Positions 38,370-51,105 of a stretch of DNA of 64,000 nucleotides are shown here, in pieces. The position numbers and the translations under genes are program-made. The notes beneath the pieces are model-generated. The model was not told where the DNA came from. It worked only from the letters and a program-made list of their open reading frames with translations, and made no database searches. The stretch comes from Macrostomum lignano (taxonomy: Eukaryota), in NCBI GenBank assembly GCA_002269645.1, contig NIVC01001815.1:1-64000 (forward strand), read 5' to 3'. The first letter of the stretch is position 1. Each line of letters opens with the position of its first letter.

Positions 38370-41300
38370 GGCAATGGTGCGGGGCCAGTTAGGGCGGTCC
38401 GCCAGTACGTATTGCAGCGTTCTCTTCGTTTGGGAAGAAAGAGGCTCGTCTAGTTGCCCGTAGGAACCGGACGAACGTCATCGATAGATTGTAGTTTCGT
38501 AGGTTTGAACCGAGGTGGTTAAGTCGCTCCCTGGTGAAAAACGGGCATTGACAAAGAAATGATTAGCATCTTCATTGTCGTACTCGCAAAATGGGCACAG
38601 TTCATTCCGGATGTCGGCCCCGGAGAAAGCAGTGCCTAGCGAAGCAGCCATGCCCCGTGAGGGTCATAGCAAGAGCCCGGATGTCCTTCCTGCTTTGGTT
38701 CAGGAGGACAGTTTGGAGCTTTCGGGATGGACGAGCGACCGCCGCACGTGATTGGCGGCAGGTGGTCAGGTTCATCCATCTGTCCCTGTGCAGGTCGGAG
38801 GCCCAGGCATCAATGCTACGATTGATGGTGGCCGCAGGGATTGGAGCCAAGGGCAGAGGTCCCAGAAGGGAGCCGCTGCTCCCTTGCTTTGCAAGCGAGT
38901 CGGCCAGCTCGTTTCCAGGGAAACCCGCGTGACCTGAGATCCATTTGAGCTGGACAGCATTTTTGCGTCCCAGCGTAATGAGCATCCGGACGCAGTCAGA
39001 GACCGTCCGGGAGGCCGTAGTGGTGTGACAGAGGGCTAGCAGAGCCGCCTGGCTGTCGGAGTGAAAACGATATAGTTTTTCCGGAGGTGTTTTTGCTGCA
39101 AAGCTCTGCAGCGCAAGAGCTAATAGCAAGGACCTCGTTCTGGAAGACAGTAGAGAGTCTTCCAGTGTGCTGGGCATGCGTGGCGAGCACGCGGCCATTG
39201 ATGAGAATGCAGATCCCAAAGCCGGAGAGACAGTCTTTTAGGGATCCGTCTGTGTAGCAGTGGACCTCCTGGGGATTCCAGTGGTCGTTAGCCTCCTCTC
39301 CATGAGGAAGAATGACCTTGAATTGAAGACAGAGGTTGAGCGTTCGAGGTTCCCCGTCCGAAAGGACGTTGAGGCCGCCACTCTCCTGCAGATCTTTGAG
39401 ACAGAGGTCGGAATGAGACAAAAGCTTGCGCTTAGCCACTGCCCTCTGGGGCTTGAGAGTAATGCCGGTGTCGATGAGACGCCGGGCTGCTTTGGCTGCC
39501 TCCCTGCGGACGAAAATGTCCAGTGGAGGCAGGTCAAGGAAGGCGTTGAGGCCGTCGAAGGGAGCCGAGGGCGGGGCGCCCATCATCATTCGACATGCAC
39601 GCCCCTGCACTCGTTTAAGAGCCTCGAAGCAGGTCTTAATCTGCAGGGCACTCGCCCAGATCAGTCCGGCATAGGAGATCGCCGGCCTGACCATAGCAAT
39701 GTAGATCCACCATAGGCGTTTGGGGTAAGGCCCCAAGTATGGCCAACCGCCCTGCGCAGTTGCGCCAGGATCGCGAAGGCCTTCTTAGTCTTGGCATGAA
39801 CATGCGGGGACCAGTTCAGCCTGTGATCAAGGGTGACCCCAAGACACTTGACTTGCTTACGGAAGGGGATTTCCTGTCCGTAGAGCGTGAGATGGCGGGA
39901 TTGCCACTTCGTCCTGCTGGTGAACATAACCACAGCGGTCTTAGTCTCGGAGAGCTTCAGACCGCATTGGTCCGCCCAACGTTCAGCAGTGTTGATGAAG
40001 TTCTGAAGGAGATCACGCAGGGTGTCCGGCGATGGCCCAGAGGCTACCGCCGTGACATCGTCCGCATAACCGACCTTCAGAATAGGGTTAGGACAGGCGT
40101 CCCGTAGGAGCTCGTCGATAACCATGTTCCAGAGAATTGGAGAGAGAACACCACCCTGCGGACAGCCTTTGCAGACGGGAACCGTCCGTTCATGACCTAG
40201 CAGGTGTGCCGTAGCAGATCTGTGGCTAATCATGTACATGATCCAGCGCGTGAGGTGAGAATGTGTCATTCTCGTTTGTAGAAAAGGACGTTGTCAAAGG
40301 CTCCCACGATATCCAGGAAGACCGCTAGGGCATAGCCGTTGCACAAGCACAGCTTTCTCCAGCGTGTCCACCAGGATATGCAGCGCACTTTCGCTGGAGA
40401 GTCCCGCCCGAAAAGCATGCTGGTTTTTACTAAGCGGCATGTTCTTTAGTTCCACGGACTGCAGGCGCCAGAGCACCAGCCGTTCCATCAGTTTGACCAT
40501 CGAGGAGGTCAAGCTGATTGGTCGAAAGGATTTAACAGAATGGTAGTCCGGGCGGCCGGGCTTAGGAATGAAAATCACCCTCACCTCAGTCCACGGCTTC
40601 GGGACACAACCAAACGTAATGCAGGCTTTAAGAAGCTTGCACAGGTGCATGAGGAACCTCTTGCATTGGACCGCCTCTCTGATTAGGGCTGGTACGATGC
40701 CTCGGGTCCAGGCGCCTTGTAAGGCTTGAAGGAGTTTGCAGCTTTGATGATGCGCTTCTTCGTGATAAAGGAGGAGGCAAGAAACGACCCGCCTTCGGCA
40801 TGGTCCGAGGGGTCATTTGTGAGAGCCTCGTTGGGGAAGGAGGCTGAAAGCATAAGCTCTAGCGTCTCCCCAGGGTTCTCGATATGCGTGCCATCGGCCC
40901 GCTTTACCGAGGAAAGTTTGGATATTTTGTCCAAGGTCAGCGCTTTTACTATGCGGGATGTAGGGCGTGCGCCCTCCAGTTCCTCACAGTATTCACGCCA
41001 TTTGTTAGCCTTAGCGTTCCTGACCTCCTTTTTGAACTCATGAATTGCTTCAAGGTAGGCGGTCTCGCTGGGCGTTTAGATTTGGTGGCCCTGCGATGTA
41101 ACCGTTTGGCTTTGCGGCGAAAGTCGCCACTCTTGGGGTTCCACCACGGGGCCGACGTTTTGCCCCTGTAGGCTTTAAGCGGGCAGGAGGCCTCGAAAGC
41201 AGAGGTTAGCGAATCCGTGAGAACAGCCGCATAATCCTCCGTTTCTTGGCACGAATCAATGGAGGTAGGAAAGCTGGAAGGTAGGTGTTCCAAAGGGTTG

Positions 41301-44300
41301 CGTCCAGGGTGAACTTGAAGGCCTCCCAATCGGTGTCCCTAGCATTCCGTCTCCAGATGATACGGTCATTGCGCTGTGCGCTGGCCACGTTAAAGGAGAT
41401 GAGCTTGTGGTCAGAGAGAGACGCCACGCGAAGGACCCGCCACTCGTCAATCCTCTGGTAGAGTCTTGGTGTGGCAAGTGTGGCATCGATGACCTCCGAC
41501 CAACGCCCGTTGTCGAAAGTAGGGGTGTTGCCTGAGTTGCAGAACTCAAGCGTGGTGGTGGCAACATAAGTCTGGAGGTCTTCACCTCTCTGATTAATGT
41601 TTGTGCTGCCCCAGTGAGTATGGTGAGCATTTATATCGCCAGCAACCATTAGCTCGTAGTTTCTGGCAGAACAGAGTTCCACCAGCGAGATAAGCTCTTA
41701 AGCCCCCGCGATTCTTGCGCAGCTGCGCAGAGCCGTCGGCACCACCTGGGGCCTTACCCGAAACGGCTCTGGTGGATCTATACCGCAATGGTCCGACCGG
41801 CCGTTACTTACGCAGGCCTGGTCTGGACCAGCGCCTTGCAAATTAAAACCTGCCACGAAGCCCTCAAAAAGGTGCAGGGACGTGCGTGCCGCATGATCCT
41901 GAATGCCCCGCTCTCTGCTCCCTTTGACGGCCTCAACGCCTTTCTTTGCCTCCCGCCTCTGGACATCTTTGTCCGTCGCGAGGCTGCTAAAACCACCCGC
42001 CGGCTCATCGAGGCTGGCGTTAGCTTCAAGCCACAAAGAGCGATGGCGAAGCGCAAGCTCCTGCCGCACTCTGACCTGAGCCTTAAAGTTCTGGAGGAGA
42101 GTGGGAATGCGGCTGTCCTTTCGGACGCTGAGCCGCGCTCCCTCAATCTCTACCAACGCTTCAAGGTCACTATCCCTCTAGGGAGAACGCCGACGACAGC
42201 TGGGCCCCTCAGGAGGTTCACTGCTTTACTGACGGATCCTCCAAAGACGGTTTAAAAGAGTCTGCATCCTTATCAACGGCCGCGTGATCGCTACTCACGC
42301 CCAACACACTGGCAGACTCTCCAGCGTCTTCCAGAACGAAGTCCTTGCCATCAGCTCCTGTGCAGCTGAGCTCCACTGCAGGGATTTCAAGGACAGAAGA
42401 ATTTTCTTCCACTCTGACAGCCAGGCCACTTTGCAGGCCCTGTGTCACACCACTACGAACTCCCGAACAGTCCGCGACTGTATCGGGCAGCTCAGCAAGC
42501 TGGCTCGGAGGAACACCGTCCGGCTTACGTGGATCCCAGGACACGCCGGCTTCAAAGTTAATGAGCTCGCCGACTCCCTCGCTAAGGCGGGCTGTTCCGG
42601 CTCGCCCCTTGGCCCCGTGCCCCTGGCCCCCATCCCCGCCACAGTCATTAATCGTGAGATTAACGACTGGGTGGACATCCTGCACTTGCGCAGATGGGAT
42701 GGTATCTCCAACTGCCGCCAATCTCGTGCGGCAGTGCCCAATCCGTCCCTCAAGCTGCGGAGAATCCTTTTGAACCAAAATCGAAAAGATATCCGCGCTC
42801 TCACTATGACCTTCACAGGTCACGGTTGCTTTGCCAGGCACTGTTTCCTCCGAAGTTCCCGCCGGAGCGAACTCTGCCATTTCTGCAACCTCGAGAACGA
42901 AGACGCCAAGCACTTCGTCTGCTACTGCCCGGCCTTCAACCGAGACTGGCTCAACTACCTCGGGCCCAACCCGTCCCTGGACGACGTTTGCCGGCCCGAG
43001 AACATCCCACGGCTCATCCGGTTTCTCCGGGCCACCAAGCGAGCCTCCGTCTTCCCCACCGAAGACAACGCTGCAGACAGGACCGGCAGACCTCCCTGAC
43101 CGGCCCCGCGCCCTAGCCTATGCGGGTTTTTCAGGGATTAGCGGAATGGGCGACGCTCGCCTCCCTGCTGCGTCTTCGGGCCGCCCTGCAGCTAAGTCAA
43201 GTAAGTCAAGAAGAGATAAGCTCTTCCGAGACAACAGCCTTGTCTCCCGGTAAATAAACCGAGGCGATCAGGGCCGTCTTTCCCGGTAGGAGGTTTTCCG
43301 TTTGATGACGCAGAGGTCCCCATTTGAAAGGTCTCCTCTGAGCCAAGCATTGAAGGAGTTCACCACGTAGATGCAAGCTCTAGGTGGCGGTGTTCCTTCT
43401 CTTGGGCATGTGCTAAAACACTGATACCCACCGGGCATGTGTTGGGGCTTTCCTTTAACAGTCCAAGGTTCTTGGACTAGGATGAGACCCGGCTTGTCAC
43501 GCTCGGCATGCCTGATGAGGTTCACCGAAGCTGCGACGCTGTGCTGCAGATTTATCTGCAGACATTCGACCCCTGTAGCATTACTAGACATGGCTAGTTG
43601 CTCGAGGATTCGCGTAGCAGCTCCTCTTCCATCTCTTCTGAGATAGAGGGTCTGCTGACCTCCATGGGCTCCTCATAATCCACAGCGTGCGGCGCGGAGA
43701 GCGTGGTGGTGCCTGCGGCTGGCGAGAGCCTGGACCGCTTCGCTTCACCCTCCTCATCCTGTGCCGCAGCGTGGACGCTGGGGGAGTCCTGAACCGAGCT
43801 GGCGGGCAGGTCATGGTTGGCGGTGGTTTCTGCCTGATGGCCGGATTCCTCAGCCCAGTCAGTACCCGCCGAACCATCACTTCCTGACCCACACAGCCCG
43901 GTTTGAGGAGGGTCTTTTTCGGCGCGTCGACGCTCCAGGTGTTCCAGGAGGTCGTGGGCCTGCGCCGGCGCACGCTGAACCAGACCCGACTTGCGAGTGC
44001 TGCGGGCAGGTTTTCGGCAGCACGAACTGCCTTATTAAGGTGGAGATCCACCGACCGCAGGTCTTGGGCAGCCGCGTCCTTTCCCTTGGGAGGTGCGGTG
44101 CGCTTAGTCGGCTTAGCTTCAGCCTTACCTTCCTCGCATCGGAGGAAAGTCAGCTGATGCAGGCCGATGCAGATGGTGTTGTGCGGAACCCGCTTAGACC
44201 ATTCGTCAGAGAGCCCCATGATCGCCGTAAAGCCCTCCGCACCTTTCCGGGCGGAGCCATGGCAGTAGAGCTCACTGGCGTTAAGGTCAGGGAAGCGGTT

Positions 44301-45350
44301 GAGCATGAGAAGCCTCAGCTGCTCCCCGGACTTGATGGCGCTCATGGCCGGGATCCAAACACGGAAGCGTTGGGTCCTCTTGCGTTCGCCTTCAGAGGCG
44401 AAAAAGAGATTGGGAGCTCCTTCTTCCACTTAGCTCGCTGAGCCGGCGGCTGCTCTCCTCCGATGAGCACCAGAGAAAAATGCAGCCGTCAGTCTTGGCT
44501 GATTTGACCACCTCCACGGAGATGCCCTCCATGGTGAGGTCGATGAGCCCAGCATCGATGGTGCGCCAGGCGTCGTCAAACTCGGTGGCCGTTAGGTTCC
44601 TCACCGAGAATGATGGTGGCCGGTGGGAGTGCAGCCCGTTGAGCCTTGGAGGCGTAGCTCTCCTTGGTCTTGGTCTTGGTGGTGGCAGACGCGGCGGTTC
44701 CCGAGGGCCCGGCCGCTGTAGCCTGGTTGGCGGCATGCTGGAGGGCTGAGGTGTCCTTGAGGGAGGCAGAGCCATCGGCAGAGTCTTTCGGCTCCACCGC
44801 GGCTCCATCCTCACCATGGGGCTCCTCCGACGCAGCACCGCCAGCCGACCGTGCCAACATGTCTGCAGCAGCTTTTTGTCGCCGCTGCTCGATTTGCGCG
44901 CATTGCGGTTGCGTTTGGCTTCAGCGGAACGGCCGCCATGGCGGTTTCGCTTGCGCCTTGCGCTCGACTCACCACCGGCGGCACCGGCAGTGGTGTCGGT
45001 CTTGTCCCCACCAGTCGGGCTGGGCGGGGCAAAGTTGAAGCTGCCTTTGGCAGCATCCAGAGCGGCTGGGGTCAACCCAGCTTCATTCGGAGTGGCGGAA
45101 GAGGCCATAGCTGGAAGCGAGAAAAGAAGAGAGGTTAATGAAGAAAAGAGAGCCGCTCGTGACTGGACTACTCCCCAGCCAAGAGCCCATGGACGCGGCA
45201 GACACCGAAGGCTTGGAGTGCACTTTTGGCTGGGCAAAAACCTGCGGACTGGCCGCATACCCTGTACGGTCAAAGAGTAACACCTCTACGTCAGAGCCGT
45301 AGCCAGAGGCACCTGATAGCGCACAGGTACGCGAAACTGCGGACTGGCCG

Positions 45351-45351
<1 letters not shown>
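38370..45351 (-). mobile_element. LINE A: near full-length LOA/R1-group non-LTR retrotransposon (DUF4780-like ORF1; ORF2 APE-RT-RNase H-Cys motif), multiply frameshifted and interrupted by LINE B
   Basis: ORF1 from ATG ~45108 (GCIFLWC..SS, FRVWIP). APE: CLQINLQH, LVQEPW, PRACIY, AGDINAHH, SDH. RT: FRPISLTS, GCPQGGVLSPILW, YADD, LGVTLD. RNase H: YTDGS, HSDSQAAL, WISGHAG..GNELAD. Confidence 0.9.
41700..43212 (+). mobile_element. LINE B: 5'-truncated sister LINE (RT C-terminus, RNase H, CxxC..H..C, 3' UTR) nested in the LINE A endonuclease
   Basis: 13-bp TSD GAGATAAGCTCTT at 41687-41699 and 43213-43225; protein collinear with the LINE A C-terminus; ends in an AAGT/CAAGT-like tail. Confidence 0.92.
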
Positions 45352-45576
<225 letters not shown>

Positions 45577-47708
45577 GCCCACCTCTCATAAAATTTAAAC
45601 CCGCGCAGTTAATAACTAGAGGTTTTGTTCCAGTACGTGCAGCTACATGTACATTATGCATGCTATGTCGTGTAGAACTGTAGAGCAAAATGCCTCTAAA
45701 GTCAAAGCCAGTTTCAATTTTCGAATGAATCGTGTGGCATGTTGCGTCCAGACTTTTATCGAATCTAGTAACTCCTAGCTGTCCCTGAAAGAAGCTTAGA
45801 TAATGCAATGTGCGCATAAAATGCATACTTGATTAAAATGAGGAACAGTACATTTTCGGTTCGCATAGCGAAATTACTCGTAGATGTACATGAGTGTAGA
45901 TAAGATAATGGACGTGTGTTGAGCCGCTGTGTGAATGCTTTGTTTTTTATTTGGCCTTCTACAAGTGTTATATAGCTCCAAAAGAAATTTTGCTTGATTT
46001 GGGCCCTCTACCGTGCAGCCACTTACGAACTCTTCAATTATGGTAAGCTGACGTGTAACAATTATCATTTTGGAGTTTACTTTGAAGTTGCATTTTATCG
46101 TGCAACTTCGTACAAGCTCTTGATCGATTTAATTTTTTGTATAGTATTCATACATTCAACCATGAAAATACATGTCTATCTTCATTGATCGACGTTAGTT
46201 GAAAAATCAGTTTTGCTTACTAAAATTTGAATAAACGGTTTGTTTTTATCTAAATTTTGCTAGCTTTATCTATTCAATCAATGATTTTATAATTGTCTTC
46301 TTGCATGAAAGTTCCAAGCGATTTTTAATCCTTAACTTTCAGCTATATTATTATACATGCTTTTATCTTTGTGACAGAAAATTTAATTTTAGGGCATCAA
46401 AAGTCATTATCAATGAAAATTACATCCAAGTCGTACCAGTAAAGACCATTGGCTAGGCTAGACCATTGCAACAACATCACTTCCATTAGTTCCTGCCCCA
46501 TAGATCCACAAAATTAATAGCCAACGCAAATGAAAAATAATATTTAGCAGCTTTGAATGTTTCAATATGTATAGGTTGCAATAAAATTTATTATAGTATT
46601 TGATTTGGCTCGAGTTCGGATTGTCGCACGAACAATAAGTTTTCCATGAACCGCGACTTAAGTTAACTACACAAATCAGAAATTTCTATCATGGTTTACA
46701 AATGCGGACCTGAAAACTTTTCCTATAGTGACTTAAGTTTAAAATAAAGCTATAATTTCTTTAGCTTGTAACTTTTTGACTGCTTTGCTAATTTTTTAGG
46801 CAAAAATTCGTAAATTCAATCAACTATATCAAAGACAGCTTAGCCTTAATTTGAAAAACTTAAACAGGTGAGCTTATTATTAAGATACAAATCTACTTGT
46901 TTAATCAAATTATATTTGAATTCAATTAGTCAAGTATAAATTCTTATTTGATTTTTATTTTCTTTGTACATCTGCATTTTTCCTAGACTCCTGGATAGTT
47001 GTATCAATATTTCTGCAGAAATATTTTATATTCTATTTTAATTTAACTGAGGTCTTAGAAGTCTAGAAACATTTATTTTAAGTAATTTTAATTACTTTAT
47101 TTTTTTTTAATTTGTTTTAGTCCTTCCTGCTATCTAGAGTTTTTAGGCTTAGCCATTTAATTTTTCTCTTTAAAAGGAATATATTTTCATGAAAATATGA
47201 ATCCAAAGATATTTTAGACAAACTATTTTTGCTAGCTATTTCTTTTCATAACTTATAGATAATTGTTGATTTTTTATCAATGTACTTTTGTCTTTTTTAA
47301 TTTCAACCATTTCAAGTAATATTGTAATACTGATTCAATAGACTTATAATATAATAAAATTTAGTGTAATCAAATTCATTAGGAATTTAGATATTCAATA
47401 GTAATGTGAATCCTAAATGAGGTTTTGGAAAATTGGCATAGAACTAAGTATTGAACAAAGCTGATCTATTAAATACTATTTTTTGTGCTTTTGGAAAACT
47501 ATAATAGCTTTTTATCATGATCAAAATGACTTGTAAACTATTTTTTTAATGAAGATTGAATTATAATGTAAATGTATCAAATATTCTTGACACCAATAAG
47601 GAAGTATACTTGCTTTTATGCCAGGATATCAAAGATTAAATTTCAAAATGTTACCAAAGTTGTTTCTGAGCTTTAGTGTCCTCCCTGATTTCTTCCTTTT
47701 TTGTAGCT

Positions 47709-50700
47709 ATGCGCTTGCTTCTAAGTTCACAGATTGCTAGAACTCTTCTAAGCCTATCTAGTCGCGCAATGTCGTCATCATCTTACAAAAGCCTGCTGCG
47801 TGAGAAAGCCTTTGTCAATGGCCAATGGGTGAATGCAGCCAATCGAGAGAGCTTCCCAGTCTACAATCCGGCAAATGGGGAACTTGTCTGCAAGGTGCCA
47901 GACATGGGAGCTGCTGATGCAACAGCCGCCATTGCGCATGCTCAGGTGATTATTTGGTGTTAATATTACTTTTTTATTTTTTTATTAGAGGCAGAGGGGT
48001 TGTGTGCACCTTGGCGCACTTTAAGCGACATAGGCACGCAACCGGCGAGAGGCATTACTGCCCATTCCGCCGACTCCCCTGAGCAGGCATACAAGCATGC
48101 GGATACGTACGCAGGCACAGACTCACACAAGAGTGTACAGCGGCCCTAACTTTATATTATCGTTAGGCATGTACACTTCACTGCGCCTTGGGGGTTGGCT
48201 CTCAAGGCCGTTAATTGCACGAGCAGAGCCAAGCCGAGATTCCAATTCAGCCCCAAATTAATGTGACTGCACTTGGAATCGAGCCTGGGTCGCTGGCACC
48301 CCAGAGCAGCTGCGCTACCGCTGGGCTACGGCCCCCCTTTGATATTAATATTACTTCTATCTTGTACTTGAGTTGCCCTTTTGCGATAAAGTGTGACAGC
48401 TTTTCAAATTAGAAGTGACCGATTGTCAAATTAGGAGTGACAGATTCTGAAATTAAGAGTGACAGCTTGCCAAATCAGGAGTGACAGCTTGTCTAATTAG
48501 GAGTTACAGATTCTGAAATAAAGAGTAGCTTGTCAAATCAGGAGTGACAGATTCTGAAATTAAGAGTGACAGCTTGTCAAATTAGGAGTGACAGATGGTC
48601 AAGTTAGGAGTGACAGATGGTCAAATTAGGAGTGACAGATGGTATAATAAGGAGTGACAGATGGTCCAATTAGGAGTGACAGATGGTCAAATTAGGAGTG
48701 ACAGATGGTATAATAAGGAGTGACAGATGGTCCAATTAGGAGTGACAGATGGTCAAGTTAGGAGTGAGGAACTCAAAGTGAAAACCATCAGTTAATAAAT
48801 TAATGTACAAGAAAAGTCTGCAGCTTCACCCGCAGCTCGCATCTGTCACTCGGCTCCCCGCAGGTCGCATTTGAAGCCTGGCGCGGCAAGACGCCATCTC
48901 AGCGAGCTGCTCTTCTGCACAGCTGGGAGCGCCTGATCCAGGACCGCTGCGAGGACCTCGCCGCTCTCATGACCCTGGAGAACGGCAAGCCGCTCGCCGA
49001 ATCTCGCGGCGAGGTCGCCTACGGTGCCTCCTTTATTCGCTGGTTCGCCGAAGAGGGCATTCGGTCACCGGCCAGACTCTGCAGGGCCCGACGCCTGACA
49101 AGCGAATTTTCACGCTCAAGCAGCCGCAGGGTGAGTCAAATCAGGCATTGCCTTCTTTGACTTGATTGGGTCAGTGTGCCTGACCTGTCATTGGGTCACT
49201 GGTGTGCCTGACCTGTCATTGGGTCACTGTCTAGTGTGCCTGACCTGTCATTGGGTCACTGTCTAGTGTGCCTGACCTGTCATTGGGTCACTGGTGTGCC
49301 TGACCTGTCACAGGGTCACTGGCGCCTTACCTAGAGCTTGACCTCCCCTGAACCCCAACCGCAGGCGTGTGCGGCATGATCACCCCGTGGAATTTCCCCG
49401 CCGCCATGATCACCCGAAAGGCTGGCGCCGCCCTCGCCGCCGGATGCACGGTGGTGATCAAGCCGGCCGAGGACACACCGCTGACGGCCCTGGCCCTGTG
49501 CCAACTGGCCGCCGACGCCCTGCTGCCGCCAGGTGCCCTCAATGTGGTCACGTGCTCGCGAAGCCGAGCTGCCGAAGTTGGCCGAGTTCTGACCACCGAC
49601 CCGGCCGTGAAGCACGTGAGCTTCACCGGCAGCACGGACACGGGCAAGCTGCTGCTGGCACAGGCCTCCAGTACGGTGAAGCGAGTCACCATGGAGCTCG
49701 GCGGCAATGCTCCGTTTATTGTGTTCGATTCGGCCGATGTTGACAAGGCTGTGAGATTTTTTGGGGGGGGGGGGGAAGGGGTGTTCTTCTTCACACAAAC
49801 TCAAATCTTCACACAAGCTCAAATCTTCACACAAACTCAAATCTTCATAAAAAGCTCAAATCTTCACACAAGCTCGAATCTTCACACAAGCTCTAATTTT
49901 CACACAAACTCTAATCTTAACACAAATTCTAATCTTCACACAAACTCAAATCTTCACACAAAAATCTTTACACAAGCTCAAATCTTCACACAATCTCAAA
50001 TCTTCACACAAGCTCGAAACTTCCACCATCTCTGCAATGTTTACACTGTTTTCAAGTATGTATAACTTGTCAAAGACGGAAAAAACTATAATTCTTTTGT
50101 TTACTTCGTATCAAATGTCAAGTTATCACTGCCTGAACAAATTTAGTTCTAGCAAAACATTTCCCCCTATTCACCGCAGGTGGCAGGCCTCATTCAGGCC
50201 AAATTTCGCAACACGGGCCAGACTTGCGTTTGTCCCAACCGGATTTTCTTGCAGCGCCGCGTTAGCCAAAAGTTTCTGGCTAAGCTGTGCGAACGGGTTG
50301 CCGAAATGAAAGTTGGCGATGGCTTCGAGGTTTGTTGGCTGTTGGGTTGCTGGGGAATTGCCTCAAGTGCTCACGGCCTCATGAGGAAGCAATTTAGCAC
50401 AAGCAATCAAGGAGAATTTGATAAGGGGTCAGAGGGGGAATTGCACAAGCGGTCAGAGGGGGGAATCGCACAAGCGGTCAGAGGGAGGAATTGCACCAAC
50501 CCCTCCCCCAACCGTGCAGGCGGGCACTCAACTGGGCCCGCTGATCAACGCGGCCGCCGAGTCGAAGCTGGAGCGGCTCCTGGCTGACGCCAAGCAGCGC
50601 GGCGGCCGGGTGCTCGCCGGCGGCCAGTCGGTGAAGGTCGGCAGCGGCGCCGGCCACTTTTTCCAGCCGACGGTGGTGTCGGGCCTGGGCCGCGACTCCG

Positions 50701-51014
50701 CCTGCTTTCGCGAGGAGATTTTCGGCCCGCTTGTTGCCGCGTTCGAGTTCGACAGCGAGGCGGATGTTGTCGAACTGGCGAACGACTGTCGAGTGGGGCT
50801 GGCCGGTTATTTCTACTCGGCCGATGTCGGACAGTGCTGGCGAGTGGCGGAGCAGCTCAATGTTGGCATGGTCGGGGTCAACGAGTCCATGGTGAGCTCC
50901 TGCATCGCCCCGTTCGGAGGCTGGAACGAGTCGGGGCTGGGCAGCGAGTCCGGCGTGGGCTACGGCATCGAGGAGTACCTCAACCTCAAGACTGTCGTGC
51001 TGAACTTGGCTTAA
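47709..51014 (+). CDS. ALDH5A1: Mitochondrial succinate-semialdehyde dehydrogenase; exons 47709-47945, 48864-49130, 49365-49750, 50180-50329 and 50520-51014; one apparent 1-bp deletion near 49063
   Basis: Transit-peptide-like N-terminus; [32 protein letters not shown], catalytic Glu in MELGGNAP, catalytic Cys in [17 protein letters not shown]. Confidence 0.9.
47972..48344 (-). mobile_element. tRNA-derived SINE, full length, with a 12-bp TSD, in SSADH intron 1
   Basis: TSD TTAATATTACTT at 47960-47971 and 48345-48356; very similar to the 21.6-kb copy. Confidence 0.9.
48413..48770. repeat. 22-bp minisatellite AATTAGGAGTGACAGATGGTC(A/C) in SSADH intron 1
   Basis: Direct reading; degenerate at the 5' side. 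Confidence 0.9.
49172..49322. repeat. 28/32-bp minisatellite GTGTGCCTGACCTGTCATTGGGTCACTG(TCTA), 5 copies, in SSADH intron 2
   Basis: Direct reading. Confidence 0.92.
49788..50020. repeat. 18-bp minisatellite TCAAATCTTCACACAA(A/G)C in SSADH intron 3
   Basis: Direct reading. Confidence 0.9.
50420..50497. repeat. 23-bp repeat CAAGCGGTCAGAGGG(G/A)GAAT(T/C)GCA, ~3 copies, in SSADH intron 4
   Basis: Direct reading. Confidence 0.8.
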
Positions 51015-51105
51015 CCAGGAGCAGCAACTCCAGAGCGTCACTGTTGGGTTATTTTGGGGCTTGTGTGCAAATTGGCTGTTGGGTTGTCGTGCAATTCACA
51101 GTCAT

